Assembly: GCA_029717555.1 (NCBI GenBank)
Contig: JAMDHS010000075.1
Coordinates: 1 to 64,000 of the forward strand
Origin: Peribolospora baueri
Taxonomy: Eukaryota
DNA: 64,000 nt
Reading direction: 5' to 3'
Shown: positions 36,925 through 49,606 of the stretch, one piece after another
Layout: every line of letters starts with the position of its first letter
Position numbering within the stretch: the stretch's first letter is position 1
Translations under genes and position numbers: made by a program
Notes under the pieces: generated by a model
Databases searched by the model: none
What the model was told of the DNA's origin: nothing
What the model saw: the letters and a program-made list of their open reading frames with translations, nothing else

Positions 36925-38746
36925 TCAAGCCAGATTGATGTCATTGAGCGCGACAGCGACGGCGGCCTTGTGGTGGCCGTTGTATTGGCGCACCGTTTCC
37001 CCGCTGGACAGCTCCCATAGTCGAGCGACGTGGTCGGATGAGGCTGAGGGCGAGGAAGGGAGAGGCGAGCGGGAACCGGTAAGCCACGTGCGGAAACCAA
37101 AGCGCGGACAAATGATCTGGCCATGTTCGCCTCTCGATCGTCCAAAAGACCAGACCCACCAGTGACCAGATAGGCCGAATCGGCGCTGAACGCAGCATCC
37201 CACACCCATCGCTGGTGACCTTGAAGGAGCTTATCGAGCTTGAACTCGTAGTTGTCTGTGGACCAGATCTTGACGGTGGTATCTGCTGAGCAGGTCGCTA
37301 AGTATCTATACCAGCGTCGGGAGATAGCATGTCAAAGGCAGAGCAGAGGGGCAAGGAGGGACGAGCGAAGAGGTGGGAGAATAAATGTAAATGAGTGGTC
37401 TCAGCGGCGGAATTTGAAGACTGCGCATTTTTGAGAGAAGGGACAAAGAACAGCAAGGCTAGACGCACTTAACATCAGGACTAAGCAAAGCTTTGGTGAG
37501 ATAATTGGTGTGAGCCTGGAACTTGGTAATCGGTTGCAGATCCGTGAAGTCCTTGCCGTTCTGTATTCGCCAGACGTAGCAGTTGCCCTGATTGGTGCGG
37601 CAATGGCAAGGTGCAGGCCAGAAGAATAACGAGAAAAGAAAGGAAAGGACGGAAGGATGGGGTCGGACGGGTGAGCAAATCGAGCCTGCATAGATTGCTC
37701 TGCCAGGAATAGTGAAGATAGATGGAGGTCACCTTGTTGTTCCCTGCCACGAGGCAAGAGCCGTCTGAGGCGACGGTGACTGATCGAATCGGCACCTCTT
37801 CCTCCGGAACCTGAACAGAAACAGTGCAAGAAGAATCATGTCCCAAATTAGCGAGACAGAAACGTCTGTCATCAATTCGACGAACTCAAAAACGTACCAA
37901 CTCATGCGTACAGCTATTCTCTCCCAGATCCCAAATCTTGATGCTCCCACCCTGATCACACGAGACCAGCTCGCCCTGATTTGGATGGATGACTACGTCG
38001 TTGACGGGAGAACGGTGGTCATAATTTCGTTGCACTCGGGATGTCCTGGTCATACGATGAGTGAGATATTAGGCGGGTGAGGAATGAAAGGAGGAAACGG
38101 GGGGACGGAGGACAAGCGGAGATGTGCATCGACGCACCTCGTATCCCAAATCTTCAAAGTTCCATCCTCAGAGCCGGTGACGACCCATTTCCCATCGCAA
38201 TGAAAAGCCACAGAGGTCACGTTACCCTTGTGGCCTTCGAAGTTGGCTACCTGGCAAGGTGGGCAAGCGCAGGCCGACATGAGGTAGATGAGTGGATCGG
38301 CGGGAATTGGGCAAAATACGTTAGCCAGCCAGCGCAGTTTACAGCATCGAACTTCCGAAAGCTTCACCCACAGGATTAGAATTGCCGAAATTTATATCAA
38401 ACAGCCTGACGTGCTGATGCCCAGCGGCCGCGAGAAATCGCTTATCAGGGCTGATGGCCAATCGGTTAACCTGTGAGTCCGGGTGCTGGATCGTGCGAGA
38501 GCAAATGCCAGACCAGGCCTCCCAGAAACGAATCGTGTGGTCATACCCTGCCGTGACAAGGATGACCGACAGCGCCTCCTGATGCTGTGTTGGAGCCTGC
38601 TGCCCTTGTTGGCCCGGTTGAGCATGGGCCTGGGGCTGCTGGGCGGACGCGGCCATGGCGGCTGCGTGTTGACGCTGCTGCTGGGCGGCTGCTAATTGGG
38701 CCTGCGTCGGTGCCCCGGTGGCGGGGACTACGTTTGGTCGGGCCAT
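36925..38746 (-). CDS. LST8: TOR complex WD40 subunit Lst8 (multi-exon)
   Basis: [98 protein letters not shown]. Confidence 0.95.
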
Positions 38747-39089
38747 GCGGCGTTCAATTCCTGGGCGCAGAGCAGGATAAAGATCTGGCGAGCGCTTCTG
38801 ATGAGCAGGAGTTAGGACGTCACCGTCTCAGCAGGCATGAAGACCTCGAGCGCGCCGATCACTTGCCGCAGCTTGCACGGACTGCGGCAGTTCCCACGCG
38901 TTCCGTCCCTCAAGAAGAAATCCGGTCGGAGAGTTGGTCCATTAGACGGGCATTCACACGACGAGCGACGACGGCACGACTACGACGAGGCCCGGCTCGC
39001 ACTCTTTCTCCTCCCCCTCAACTCACAGCTGGCAGTAAAGCCTCGTTGTGGACCGAATGGCCTGTTCGCGTTCTGCGTCCAACGCTCGC

Positions 39090-40402
39090 ATGGCGGCGAG
39101 GTCTGCCGCTGCTTGCTGCAGCACCGGCCTACGACCGACGCCGGTCCCCTTCCATGCACCACGTCGTCGACTCCTCTCCACCACCTCCACCCGTAGTGCT
39201 TCCTCTTCCCCGCAAGGAAACCCTTCTCCTGTGCGAGGCCAAGCACAACTCGGCCATCCGCGACCAAATCTCGCCCTTCCAGACCTCGCCCGAGAAAACC
39301 CGGCTGAGTACTACCTCCGAAGACCGGTCGCGGACGCGGCGCTCGCTGCACTCGCAGCGAGGGTGGGCCTCATTGGACCTGGCGACGATGAAGGCACGAG
39401 AAGGAGACGGCTGCGTCTTCTTCGAAGTGCTGCGACTCATCCTTCCTATTGGCGTGGCCCTGGCGCGGCGGCATCTGGAGAGGAACAACTGCCCGTGACG
39501 GAAGACGATGACCGGTCGGATAACGCCGCCTTGGCCACGCTCGGCAACTCCCTCCTGGGTCTCTTTGCGACGGAGCACCTCCACATCAAGTATCCCCATC
39601 TTCCCACGCGAGTCCTTAAGGCAGCCGTGTCGGCGTTCGTGGGCCCCTTGACGTGTGCGGACGTGGCGAGAGAAGTGGGTGGACAGGCTGTGCTTAGGTG
39701 GAGGAGGGAGGCGGCGGGGGAGACGTTGGATTTGGGTGGAAGTAAGAAGGGAAAGCAGGCTAGGTTTCAGGACGCGATGGCTAGCGTCATTCGGGCTATT
39801 CTAGGGGCCGTGCATCAGGAAAAGGTCGGTGACTGTTCCCATCTCTGCTTCATCTAAGGGAGAATCGCCCTGACACCATTTTCTTTAATTCCCCCGTTTT
39901 GGAACAGGGTCTCGGCGCTTCTCGGCGCTTCGCCCATTCCTTCTTCCTCTCTCGCACCGTCGACCTCCCACCTCTGATAAAATTTGCAAACCCAAAACAC
40001 GTCCTTTCTACGACCGTCAAGAAATACAACAAGCCTGATGTCGTGTCCAGGCTGCTCAAGGAGACCGGCCGACTTTCCATCTCCCCCGTATTCGTTGTCG
40101 GGGTCTTCTCGGGACGGTTCAAGCTCGGCGAAGGGTATGGGAGCAGCATTAAGATGGCGGAGTTCAGGGCCGCCGAAGATGCGCTTAGGAGGCTTTACCT
40201 AGTTCAGAACGACTCGCTTGTCCTGCCTTCCTCCACGCTCGAGCTTGACTCGGGAGGTGTCGGCGTCGCTTCCACTGCGTCCCAGACGTCCACCCACTAT
40301 GTTCCTCCGCCGCTCGGCCACTCTGAGGTGGCGCCCGAGAGCGCGGGAAAGCGACCCAAAGGCTTTGGTTTAGTGCCAGGCCTCGGCGCCGCAGCATCAT
40401 AG
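39090..40402 (+). CDS. MRPL3: Mitochondrial large-subunit ribosomal protein mL44 (RNase III-like + dsRBD), intron ~39824-39907
   Basis: Arg/Ser-rich presequence; NAALATLGNSLLGLFATEHLHIKYPHLPTRVLKAAVSAFVG; SRLLKETGRLSISPVFVVGVFSG..KLGEGYGSSIKMAEFRAAEDAL. Confidence 0.9.
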
Positions 40403-41104
40403 TCGACAGCCGCGGTCGGTGGTACTTAGGTAGACCAACTGAGACGTTGACGACCGGATTTAGGAGAACAGAAGCTGCGGTGGATGGGCAAGGAGCTTGT
40501 TAGACGACATAATTGCATTGCACCTCATCCCACCTTTTTAGAACGTTCGTGCGTGGATTGTATCCACTGTTCGTCGTCTATGGAACAAAGCAGCTTTCCG
40601 TCCGATCGACCGGGGTGACACTAATTCAGTCACGTGGAGAGCGGGTTCTTCGATTCGGGAACGAAGCGGGCGAATGAAAGGACAGCGAGTGGAAGCTAGC
40701 GAAAAGCGAAAGTCGTTCACAGGGAAAGGAGGGAGCGAAAAGGAACGCGATGAGGCCTTGGGAAAGGAATGAAAAAATGAAAAAGGTGAGCGAGGAAGAA
40801 TGAAAAAAAGGAAAGGAGGGACAAGATAGACAGAAGCGACAAAAAAGCCCTACAAGACGGCGAAAAGATGAATGTAAAGAGCGGACGGCGTGTCTTTCCC
40901 TGTCTTCGGACAGAGGGTTAGCGCCAGAGATAAAGGAATGACCTTTGGCGGTGCTTTGATAGCAGCGGACCAAGCGCATCTTGCCCGCACAGGCGGTAAC
41001 GAGGTGGGCAAATGCCCAGTCGTTGGAGGGAGACGCGCTCTCTTTCCCTCACCTCTCCTCTTCTTCCCGCCCCATCTCCAATCATTCCACCTCCCGGTCA
41101 CCGA

Positions 41105-44100
41105 TCACCCAAGCAGTTGATTTAGCGCCTTTTGCACGTTGTAGTTGGTCTTCTCCAGCGCGTCGATAGCCTGTTGCCTGCTGAAACCCATCCCGCAGAG
41201 CTGTCGGACCGGTCCAGCGTCGTCCTCTAGCGCTGGTGATGGAGCGGGCGATTGCGCCTTCGTCTCTTGCGGTGCTTGAGGTGCAGGTGCTACGGTCGAG
41301 GCGGGGCCAGTACCAGACGCGGAGGAAGAAGTGCCGGCGGTAGGACCGAAAGCGTCGTCGAACGATAAGGCCAAACTATCGGCGTTCGAGCCTCCCGTCG
41401 CACCAGCCACACGTCCTTCACCCACGCCCGCATTCGCGCCGGTGCCGGAGCTGTGCGATGTATCATGAGACGGTCGGAAGGCATCATCGAAGCCGTCAAA
41501 CGCCCCAGGCAAAGACGCTTCCGTGCCTGCACCGCTAGTACTAGTGTCGGCAGCCGCGGGGGCGGCGGACGGAGTATCGAAGGAGGGCACAAAGTTGAAG
41601 TCGTCGTCATTGAACGTCGCATCGTCGAAGTCATTCACGCCGGTCGCGCCAGTATCGGAGACGGAAGAGGTATGGGCGCCTTCGGTAGGTGCAACATCTG
41701 CGGCGCCGAGATCTTCGAAGGCAGAGTCGAAGTCGTCTTGGGACGGCGAGGCCGAGTCTCCAGGAGCGGGAACAGTTGCCGATTTCGGTGGAACGTTTGC
41801 AATTTCGCCTGTAGTGGGAAGAGGAGAAGCAGTAGAAGTCGGGCCGACGGGCGCAAAGCCCGTTCCGAACGGACTCTCGTCCCTGTTCGCAAGCGACACA
41901 GTCGCCGGCGGGGGACTCTGCGCCGTGCTGGCGCTGCTGCTACTCGCACCGCGTGGAGGAGGTACGGGCGGAGGAGCCCTCCTTTGCGGACCAGAGGACG
42001 AAGAGACGGCCGTCCCGGAACGATCTTGCGCGCCTCCGTCGGTGAAATGGGAATCAACGGGAGTGTCGCTAGAGGCATCGTGGAAAGTGGCCGTCGTAGC
42101 GGTGGAGGGCGCCACGGCCGAATGGGGGGCCGCACCGACGTCTTCCAACGGGGGAAATTTGGTCTCGATCTCCGACAGACTCTTGTGAGGGGCCAAAACG
42201 GTTGCACCGGACGATGAGGACGGTCCTGCCTCTGCTTGATCACCACCTCCCAACGAGTCCCTGGTCCCAGTGATGTCCTCTGGGCCCTCATCCTCGTCAT
42301 CACTGCTGGTGTCTGAGTCCTCGTCACCTTCGCTCTCTTCTCGCTTAGGGGCAGTGGCAGGAACAGCAGTGGCCTCAGTCGTAGCCCTCTGCGGCTCATC
42401 CAACTCCTTGAACGCATCGTCAAAAGCGCCTCCCTTCAGGGTGTCCTGAGAAATGCCAGCGCCCTCCTCCTGCTTTCCCTGCGAAGCAACAGGGGTGAAA
42501 GACGAGTCAAAGTCGTCATCAAAACCGGTGTGGTCGAAGTCGCTTCCGGCAGCACCCCCATCACCAGTAGTCGTCTTTGGTCCAAACGCGTCGCCGAATC
42601 CGCCACCCCCGGCGCCCACAGATTCCTCTTGCGGAGATGCCGTCAGAATAGGCGCCGGCGCAGCCGAAGACGCACTCGTATGCGGCACGAAAGCGTCGTC
42701 AAAAGCGGACGAGCCGGTGGCAGCCGGTACGATAGAGGCGGCAGAAGAAGACATACCGAAGGGATCCGCGAAATTGGACTGCCCTTCACCTGTCCCCTTT
42801 TCAGCGTGGGCGGTCGCGGACGCTGCGCCAAGGCCGATGGCCGCTCCACCAGCAGCGCCGAGAGCTGCGGCAGCATCGAGAGAAGGGTTAGATGAGGCGG
42901 TGGGGGCGGGAGAGGTGGAGTCGGAGTGAGTAGCAGTGAGCCGCTCAAAGGGATTGGTGCTCTTGCGGCTGGTGTCGCTGAGGGCGGGGCTCAACGCCCT
43001 TTCAGGAGCGCCTACGCCGCTCGCGGCACCGCCTGCGGGAGACTCTTGCTCCACATCGCCTCCCGCTGCGACGGCTGCCTGTGCCTCCGAGATAGCCGCC
43101 TTGGCCTTATCCTTCTCCGTCTCAGCCGTACTGAGCTGCTTTTTGGTGATGGCGACAAGACCCCTCTGCTGCCTAGCATCCTTCTTGATCTTCTCCAGGT
43201 TTACCCTTAGCGCCTTGGTCTCGTCTTCCACGCTCACCATCTTCCGCTTCATGTCCCTGATATCCTCCTTGTCCTTCAGCAGCCCCTGCTCGATCTCACT
43301 CTTCTCCAACCTCAAAGCCGAAAGCTCGCTCTCCGCACGAATGAGCTCCTCGCGCAACTTCCCGATCTCGGCAGAGTTCTGAGCGGCACGCTCCTGCAGG
43401 TCCTTGGCTGTCTTGCTCTCCGTGTCATATGCAGCCCGAGACTGCGAGAGCCTTACTTCGAGCTCGTGACGTTGAGCGGACCTAGCGGCGACGGTGCTCT
43501 CCAACTCGGTCCGCCTGTTACGGAGATCCGAGAGGGCTTTTTCCGTAGAGGCGAGTTGGTTCCGCTTGTTGCCGATCTCGGCACCGTCGTCGCTCAACGG
43601 AGCCTTGCTGGTCGCCCCGGCCACGCCCGCCTTCGGTGGTTCCTCTTCGTCATCGCTGAGCAGATCTTTGGTCCCCGTCGCCGGCATCGCGGAGGGAGCT
43701 GGACTGAAGTCAGAGCCGAAAGGGCTGGGACCCAGAGCGCTCGGTGCCGCCCGTGCAGCCGCGGCAGGTGAAGAGGAGGGCTGGAAGGCCGTAGACGAGG
43801 CCGCCGGGGTTGGACCAAAAGAGGAAGCGGACGCTGGAACCGACGACGGAGGGAGGTCATCGTCCATCAACGAGAAGAGATCCTGTTGAGTCTCCGAAGC
43901 TATCGAACGCAAAATTGGCAAGACGTAATCCAGTCAGTCTGTCGCCGAAACTGCCTTTGTTCCACATTGTCCATCCTGGAGCTTTGTTGACTCACGTTTG
44001 GGCGCATCAGGTTGGGCTCCCCTGAGGCTAGGCGGGACGAGACCCGCCGGGAGCGTGGCAGGGAGCTCCTTCCCAGAGAGCTTGTCATTAATGAGATGCA

Positions 44101-45705
44101 TCGCCACAGCAAATTCGTCTCGGGTGAGCTGGCCAGCTTGCCTGATGTCGGCTAAGTCCCTATAATGTGGAGGGTGATGTGCGGAAAGATGATCTGTCAG
44201 CGCCTCCCTCCTCTTAACTCTGGCATTGAAGTAACGTCCAGGCCAAAATAGGCCAATGGACTCTTTGACTCACCAAATCTGCGCCAATACCGCCTCCGGC
44301 AGTTTGCTCTGCAAGAGGAATGGCACGACGATCTGGCCTTCGAGAATGCCCCTCTTATCCTTATCAAGCATGTCGAAGAAACCGTCCGCCTTGGCCTTCT
44401 CCGCTGGGGCGATGTCCCACGTCTTGCCTCCCGTCGCCATTGCCGCCGCGGCTACTGGCCCGAGGGCAGAAGGAGAAAGAGGCGTTCCTGTTTGGCCCGG
44501 GACCCCTACACCAGTGAGGTTAGCCTGCAATGGCGAAGCGGGAGGGCGCATGCCGCCGGACGCGGAGCCACCAGTAAATTGGGTAGGGATTGGAGAGTGA
44601 GGACCAGATGAACTGCCAGAACGGCCGGCGGCAGCTTCGTAAAGGCCCGGAGGAAGGGTGGCAGGTATGGTAGAGTTCGTGCCCGACATTGTGCCTTGAA
44701 TGAAGTACATAGCTGAACGCGGGCAGAAAAGCGTTGCAATTCAGAGGAAACCATACAAGCGAGAGAACAGGCCGTGACGTGCTCAATGGGCAGACGCGCA
44801 GGAAGGCCAAGCTCACCGATGATGAAGTCAGTAAGGTCGAGAGCACCGCGCGTTTTGGTGTCGGCCAAGTTCCAGATGGCGCCGAGCTTCTCAAAGGGAA
44901 GCTTGGATTTGACGAAGATGTCCTTAGCCTTGTCACCTAAGAACGTCGGCCGCGAGAAGCCACGTCAGATCGCCTCCCAGCCTGCCAGCCGAACATGAAC
45001 ATATAAAGCACTTACCGTCCAGCAAACCGTTATGAGGCCCGCTGGTGGCAAAGATACGCGTGTACCTCGCTCTATCCTCGGGAGAGATGGAGATGGGGAC
45101 AGTGGCCCCAGGACGCGTATTGATGGAAGGCGCACCACCGCTGGGGAGGCCAGGTATCGTCACGCCCTCGAACGTGGGCAGAGGGCCGGCTGAAGGCGAA
45201 TAACAGTGTTGGTGACAGAGACGATAAGTGGCAAGGAAGTGAGAATGAGCATGCGCTATGTTATCAGACAGTACGTTGCCTACGCCATTAGATTGCGACT
45301 TACGTCGGCCTATCGTGTCCATGCCGATTGCCTCTCCTTTCTGGGCATGACCAATAAGCCTCAGAGCAACGCTAAAGCTCTGCTGGGTTAAAAATCCGTT
45401 GTTCTCTACGTCGGCGATGGCCCATATCTCGCCGAGGGTGTGCGGGGGCAGGCCTGAGCCGGCGAAGAACTTGACGGCGGCATCACCGGTGAGCACGCCG
45501 ACGTTGTCCTTGTCAGCAAGCTTGAAAAGGTAAGAGTATGCCGTGCGCTCAGTGGGAGTGAGCACAAGGGAAGAAGCTGCAAAAGAAAGCAGGCATGGCG
45601 GGGAGAGCGGGGGAGGCATCAGCATCACGCTGGCTGGTCGGCGGGATCGTCTCGTCGGTGCGACCGCGTCAACTTCTACTCACTCGTACTCGCACCGCCT
45701 GCCAT
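41105..45705 (-). CDS. EDE1: Eps15/Ede1-like endocytic scaffold: three EH domains, coiled coil, NPF/FDD region, C-terminal UBA
   Basis: [43 protein letters not shown]; long coiled coil; [36 protein letters not shown]. Start inferred from a short first exon. Confidence 0.9.
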
Positions 45706-46128
45706 GACTGGGTCTTCAGTTCTGGGAAAAATCAACCTCGGTCAATCTCACACAGTGCTCCCGTCGTCGCCGCCGTCGTTTACCGTCGTCGTGGAAGAAG
45801 GAGAGGGAAGGAAGGTCAAGGCGAGGCTGGGATGGAGAACACCTTGATGTCTCCACGTACCTCGCCGCCAACCCGGCCGTCCGGCATCCATGGAAACGAT
45901 CGCCGCCCATCGCCGTCCATCAGCGCAACCCTAACCAAGCCCGATCGCGAGCCGGCGCTGCGGCGAGAGCGCTCTCTATTGCTATCACGAGCCAAGTCGT
46001 GCCCACTAACGGACGACGAGGAGTGCTGGCTCGGGCAGACCCTCATCTTCTTGGTATCGCCTGCTGCTCGCTTGCTTGAGCTGCCCAGCGCAGTGCAGGG
46101 CGACCCTTATTTTGTAGCACCAGCCGCC

Positions 46129-48296
46129 ATGTCCGACGCCCAGCAATCACCATCATCAAGCTCGCCGCTCTTCTTCGGGGCCCCGCGACCAGAGGACTTC
46201 CTACCTACGCCTGGCGGCTTTCATCACGCCTCCTCGCACTCCCTTCAAGAGCAAGAGAAGCGCCAACAGCTCCTGGAACATGCAGTTCGCTTTCTGTCCA
46301 ACACCCCTTCTACCTCTTCGCCTTTTCGAGCTCCAACAGCGAACCCGAGTTCGCCTTCCCCGACAGCGACTATATGGACCGACGACGAGCGCAAACGCGA
46401 GTTTCTCAGGCGCAAGGGTCTTACGGAGTCAGATATAGACGAGGCTTTTAGGAGGAGCGCCAGTGGGACTTCCCTTAGGAGATCCGCTGCCGAGAGCTCT
46501 TCCAGTGCTGCCAGAGAGGACGAGGTTTGGCCGACATGGGAAGGGGTAGCAGGTGCGGTGGAGGTTCAGCCGTCACCGGTGAGACCTTCGTATCGCTTTT
46601 TCCTACTTGAACCGACGAGAGCGCGAATGACACGGCTGGCGCCAGGCTGACCTCGTCAACTCGAAATTACTTTTGCCTTCAGGCCCCGGCCTCCGCACCC
46701 CCTGTCCCATATCGCACCTATTCTCGCTCCCCTCTTGCTCTCTACGCTCCTCCTCCGCCGCCGCCGCCGCCGCCGCCTTCGCGCTATCAGACGTTGCTGA
46801 GCTTCTTCAGGCGCCTCTGCTTCACTCTTGTCCTTCTAGGTGGATTCAGTATGATGGGCACTCTCGGGTGGAAGGTGAGCTACCTCTTTCGATTGCGCAT
46901 GCTTTCGCGCACTCAGCGGGGCAGCAATATAAGCGATCTCTTGCATAAGGTCCTGAATTCTTGAATCTCGGTTTTCTGCATCTTTCCTTCCCACCTTCGC
47001 CCGTCGTCGATTCCAATTCTCAAGGCCCTCTTCCTCCCTTTCCTGGACAAGTCCCTCCTTGCCCGGCTCTCCCTGCTCACCCACCATTCCTCTCTCTACA
47101 ACCGCATCCTCAGCACGATCCGCGACCTTCGCTACAGTGGTCTGTCTTCCCTTTCCCCTGAGGCGACAGCGGCGGCAGCCGCGGCCGCGGCAGCCAAAAA
47201 ATCCGAAGAAGAGGAACGGGCTTTGCGGAAACCTCACGACGGTGCCCGTCCGCGTCTCGGCTGCCTTGCCAAACCAGGCGGACTGAGCGGTACTCAAAAC
47301 GCCTTTGGCGGTTCGACGAAGCCAATGAAGCGCGTCCGCTGGCGGTTAGGCGACGAAGAGGAGGAAGATGAGTGGGTCACGGACGAGGAGGCTTCGGAGC
47401 CTGGGACACCTAGAGGAAATCTGGGGATGACGCCTCTGGACGTGGCCAAGGAGGTTGAGAAAGCTTACGAGAGGGTGGAGACGGAGGCGGGGAGTGTCGA
47501 GCAGGAGGAGCGGGGGCAAGAGCGCGACGAGAGTAAGACGGCTGAAGTGAAAGCGAAAGCAGGTGCGTCTGAGGGTGAGGAGGAGAGGGAAGTGGATGCA
47601 CGAGATGCGGATGGGAAAGACGGAGGGCAGGCTTCCGAGACAGACGTAATCGATCCCGGAACGACGGAGAGGGCGCCGATCGACATCCTCCATAGCTGGC
47701 GCGCCTCGCTTTCCGGCCTCGTTGCCGCACTGCGTCAAGGCAGCCCCGAAGGCCATGCTTCTCGACAACAAGAAGATGAGGGAGAGGAGAGGAGGAGAAG
47801 GGAAGGTCTAGATGAATTCGGCTTCCCTCTCGCCGCCTCCTCTTCCTCCCCCTCATTGGAACCGAAGACGAAGCTTTTCGACTCTCTTGTCAACCTCGAA
47901 AGCTACATCTCATCCCAACACTTCCTCGCCTCCGACACCCTCGCCTCCTCCCTCCGCGACGCTGCGGGCGCCGGCGGTGTCAGCGCATTCCACAATCCCT
48001 GGGCCGCTCCTTCCGCTCCTTCCGCTGGCAAGGCTTCAGGCGATGGCGAGGGGGAGATCGTTTCGACAGCCAAGATCAGAGCAGAGATCAGGGCCCTGAA
48101 GGGGCTCTTGCTCAATCGGAGGAATTTCCCCGCCTTCGGGAGGGGCATCACCAGCGATTCAGGTGGCGCTGCCGGCGCGGCCGGCGCGGAGGCGAATGGA
48201 AGGGGGACGCTGAGGCCTGGAGCGGAGATTGCGAGACAAAGAATGCCGGGCATGAGGGGTGGACAGCCCGGCGGCGGAGAGGCAGCCGGGCGGTAG
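46129..48296 (+). CDS. Pex14_N-domain peroxisomal membrane protein (Pex14 or Pex14/17-like), multi-exon
   Basis: RQQLLEHAVRFL...KREFLRRKGLTESDIDEAF; C-terminal IRAEIRALKGLLLNRRNFP. Confidence 0.75.
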
Positions 48297-48489
48297 AGCG
48301 GGTGCGTGTGGAGAGGCACAGCTGTAGGTAACTTTTGCATGGCGTTGAAAGTTCTTGCTGGCTGACTGACCTGCCTGGGTGGATGAATGACTCCGTCGTT
48401 TGTCACCAAGGCCGAAATCCGGCGGGAAAATAGAACGAGACTACCAGTCGGAGTGGAAAGATAGAGGACCCTGCTTCTGACATGGAAAC

Positions 48490-49325
48490 ATTGTTGAAGA
48501 CCCTTTTCTTCTCGCTGCTTTATCTTCCCTCTCCGTTGAAGACCCGTTGCTTTCTTGTTGAAGGCCCTTTTTTCCTTGTTTTTCATCTCGCTAATCTTCC
48601 TCCACTGATTCGAGGAGGTGGGCGGAGAGGGCGTAGAAGTCGGGGCCGCGGGTGGTGTCATTGGTGGCCTCTGGGAAGGGCGTGACGGCTGTGGACGGGG
48701 GGAAGAGGCCCACCTCCGGGCCATCCGTCGTGGGCAGGTTGGGATCGATGAGCGTGCGGTCGTCCGAGTCGGCGCCGACGCGGATGTGAGGCGGCTTGCC
48801 GGTGAGCTGGGCGAGGTTGGTGAGGGCTTGGGTGGTGAAGTTGTTCCTGCCGGACGCCGAGTTGCCGACCCAGTCGGGCCAGCGGTCGTTCTCGATGGAG
48901 AAGGAGACGAGGTCGGGGCGGAGCTGTTCGGCCCAAACGGGGCCGTCGACGGGGACGGCGACGACGACGCTCTCGGTGACGTTGGTGGTGGTGCGGGGAG
49001 GGAAGATGAAGCAGCAAGAAAAAACAAGGAAGTAGGGAGGGAGGAGAAAACGGCGGGGAGAAACGATTTTCCACAAATGTCGTGCCACGAGGCAAAATGG
49101 AAAGGCATGGACGGAGAATGAGTGAAGGTAGATTAACGAGATGAAAAACAAGGAGAAAGTGTCTTCAACAAGAAAGAAAAGGTCTTCAACGACATTGCTG
49201 AAAACCGTTTCTTCCTGCCGTTTTTTCCTCCCTCCCTGTTGAATGCCCGTTTCTTTCTTGTTTTTTCTTGCTGTTTTATCTTCCCTCCCTGTCGAAGACG
49301 GTCTCTTTCTTGTTGAAGTCCCGTT
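48490..49325. repeat. Complex purine/pyrimidine-skewed inverted and direct repeats flanking the GH79 fragment
   Basis: 48534-48611 is an imperfect inverted copy of 49116-49191; ~49000-49082 is inverted to ~49190-49288; ~48505-48567 is a direct copy of ~49261-49322; recurring GTTGAAG/CTTCAAC unit. Confidence 0.8.
48615..48970 (-). pseudogene. Isolated N-terminal fragment of a GH79 (beta-glucuronidase-like) glycoside hydrolase
   Basis: LVSFSIENDRWPDWVG..RNNFT.QALTNL.QLTGKPPHIRVGADSDDRT..FP.....PFPEA.....GPDFY; no start, signal peptide or downstream exons. Confidence 0.8.
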
Positions 49326-49606
49326 TCTTCTCGCTTCTTTAACAGCTCGCTCCGATTGCTCAGGTCCTTCGTGCATCACGGAGCCTCTTCGCAGCCCGAA
49401 AAGCGTGCCACCAGATCCCACAGGAAATGCACCTCTTGCGGCGAGGCTGTAGCGTTTCCGCACGCGAAGTGGAATATGTATAGAGTAAGCATCACCATTG
49501 CCATTGCAGTGTGCACGTGTATACTCGTCCGAGAGAATCTTCATCGACAAAGATGAAGAGAGAAGGGCCACGAGAATCAAATCTCAAACCCATTCCCGGG
49601 GCCCGT

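Noticed and set aside
47903..49580. Long minus-strand ORFs of 401 aa and 329 aa as genes
   Set aside because: Chance read-through of repeats and antisense to the Pex14-like gene; only the GH79 segment is recognisable.
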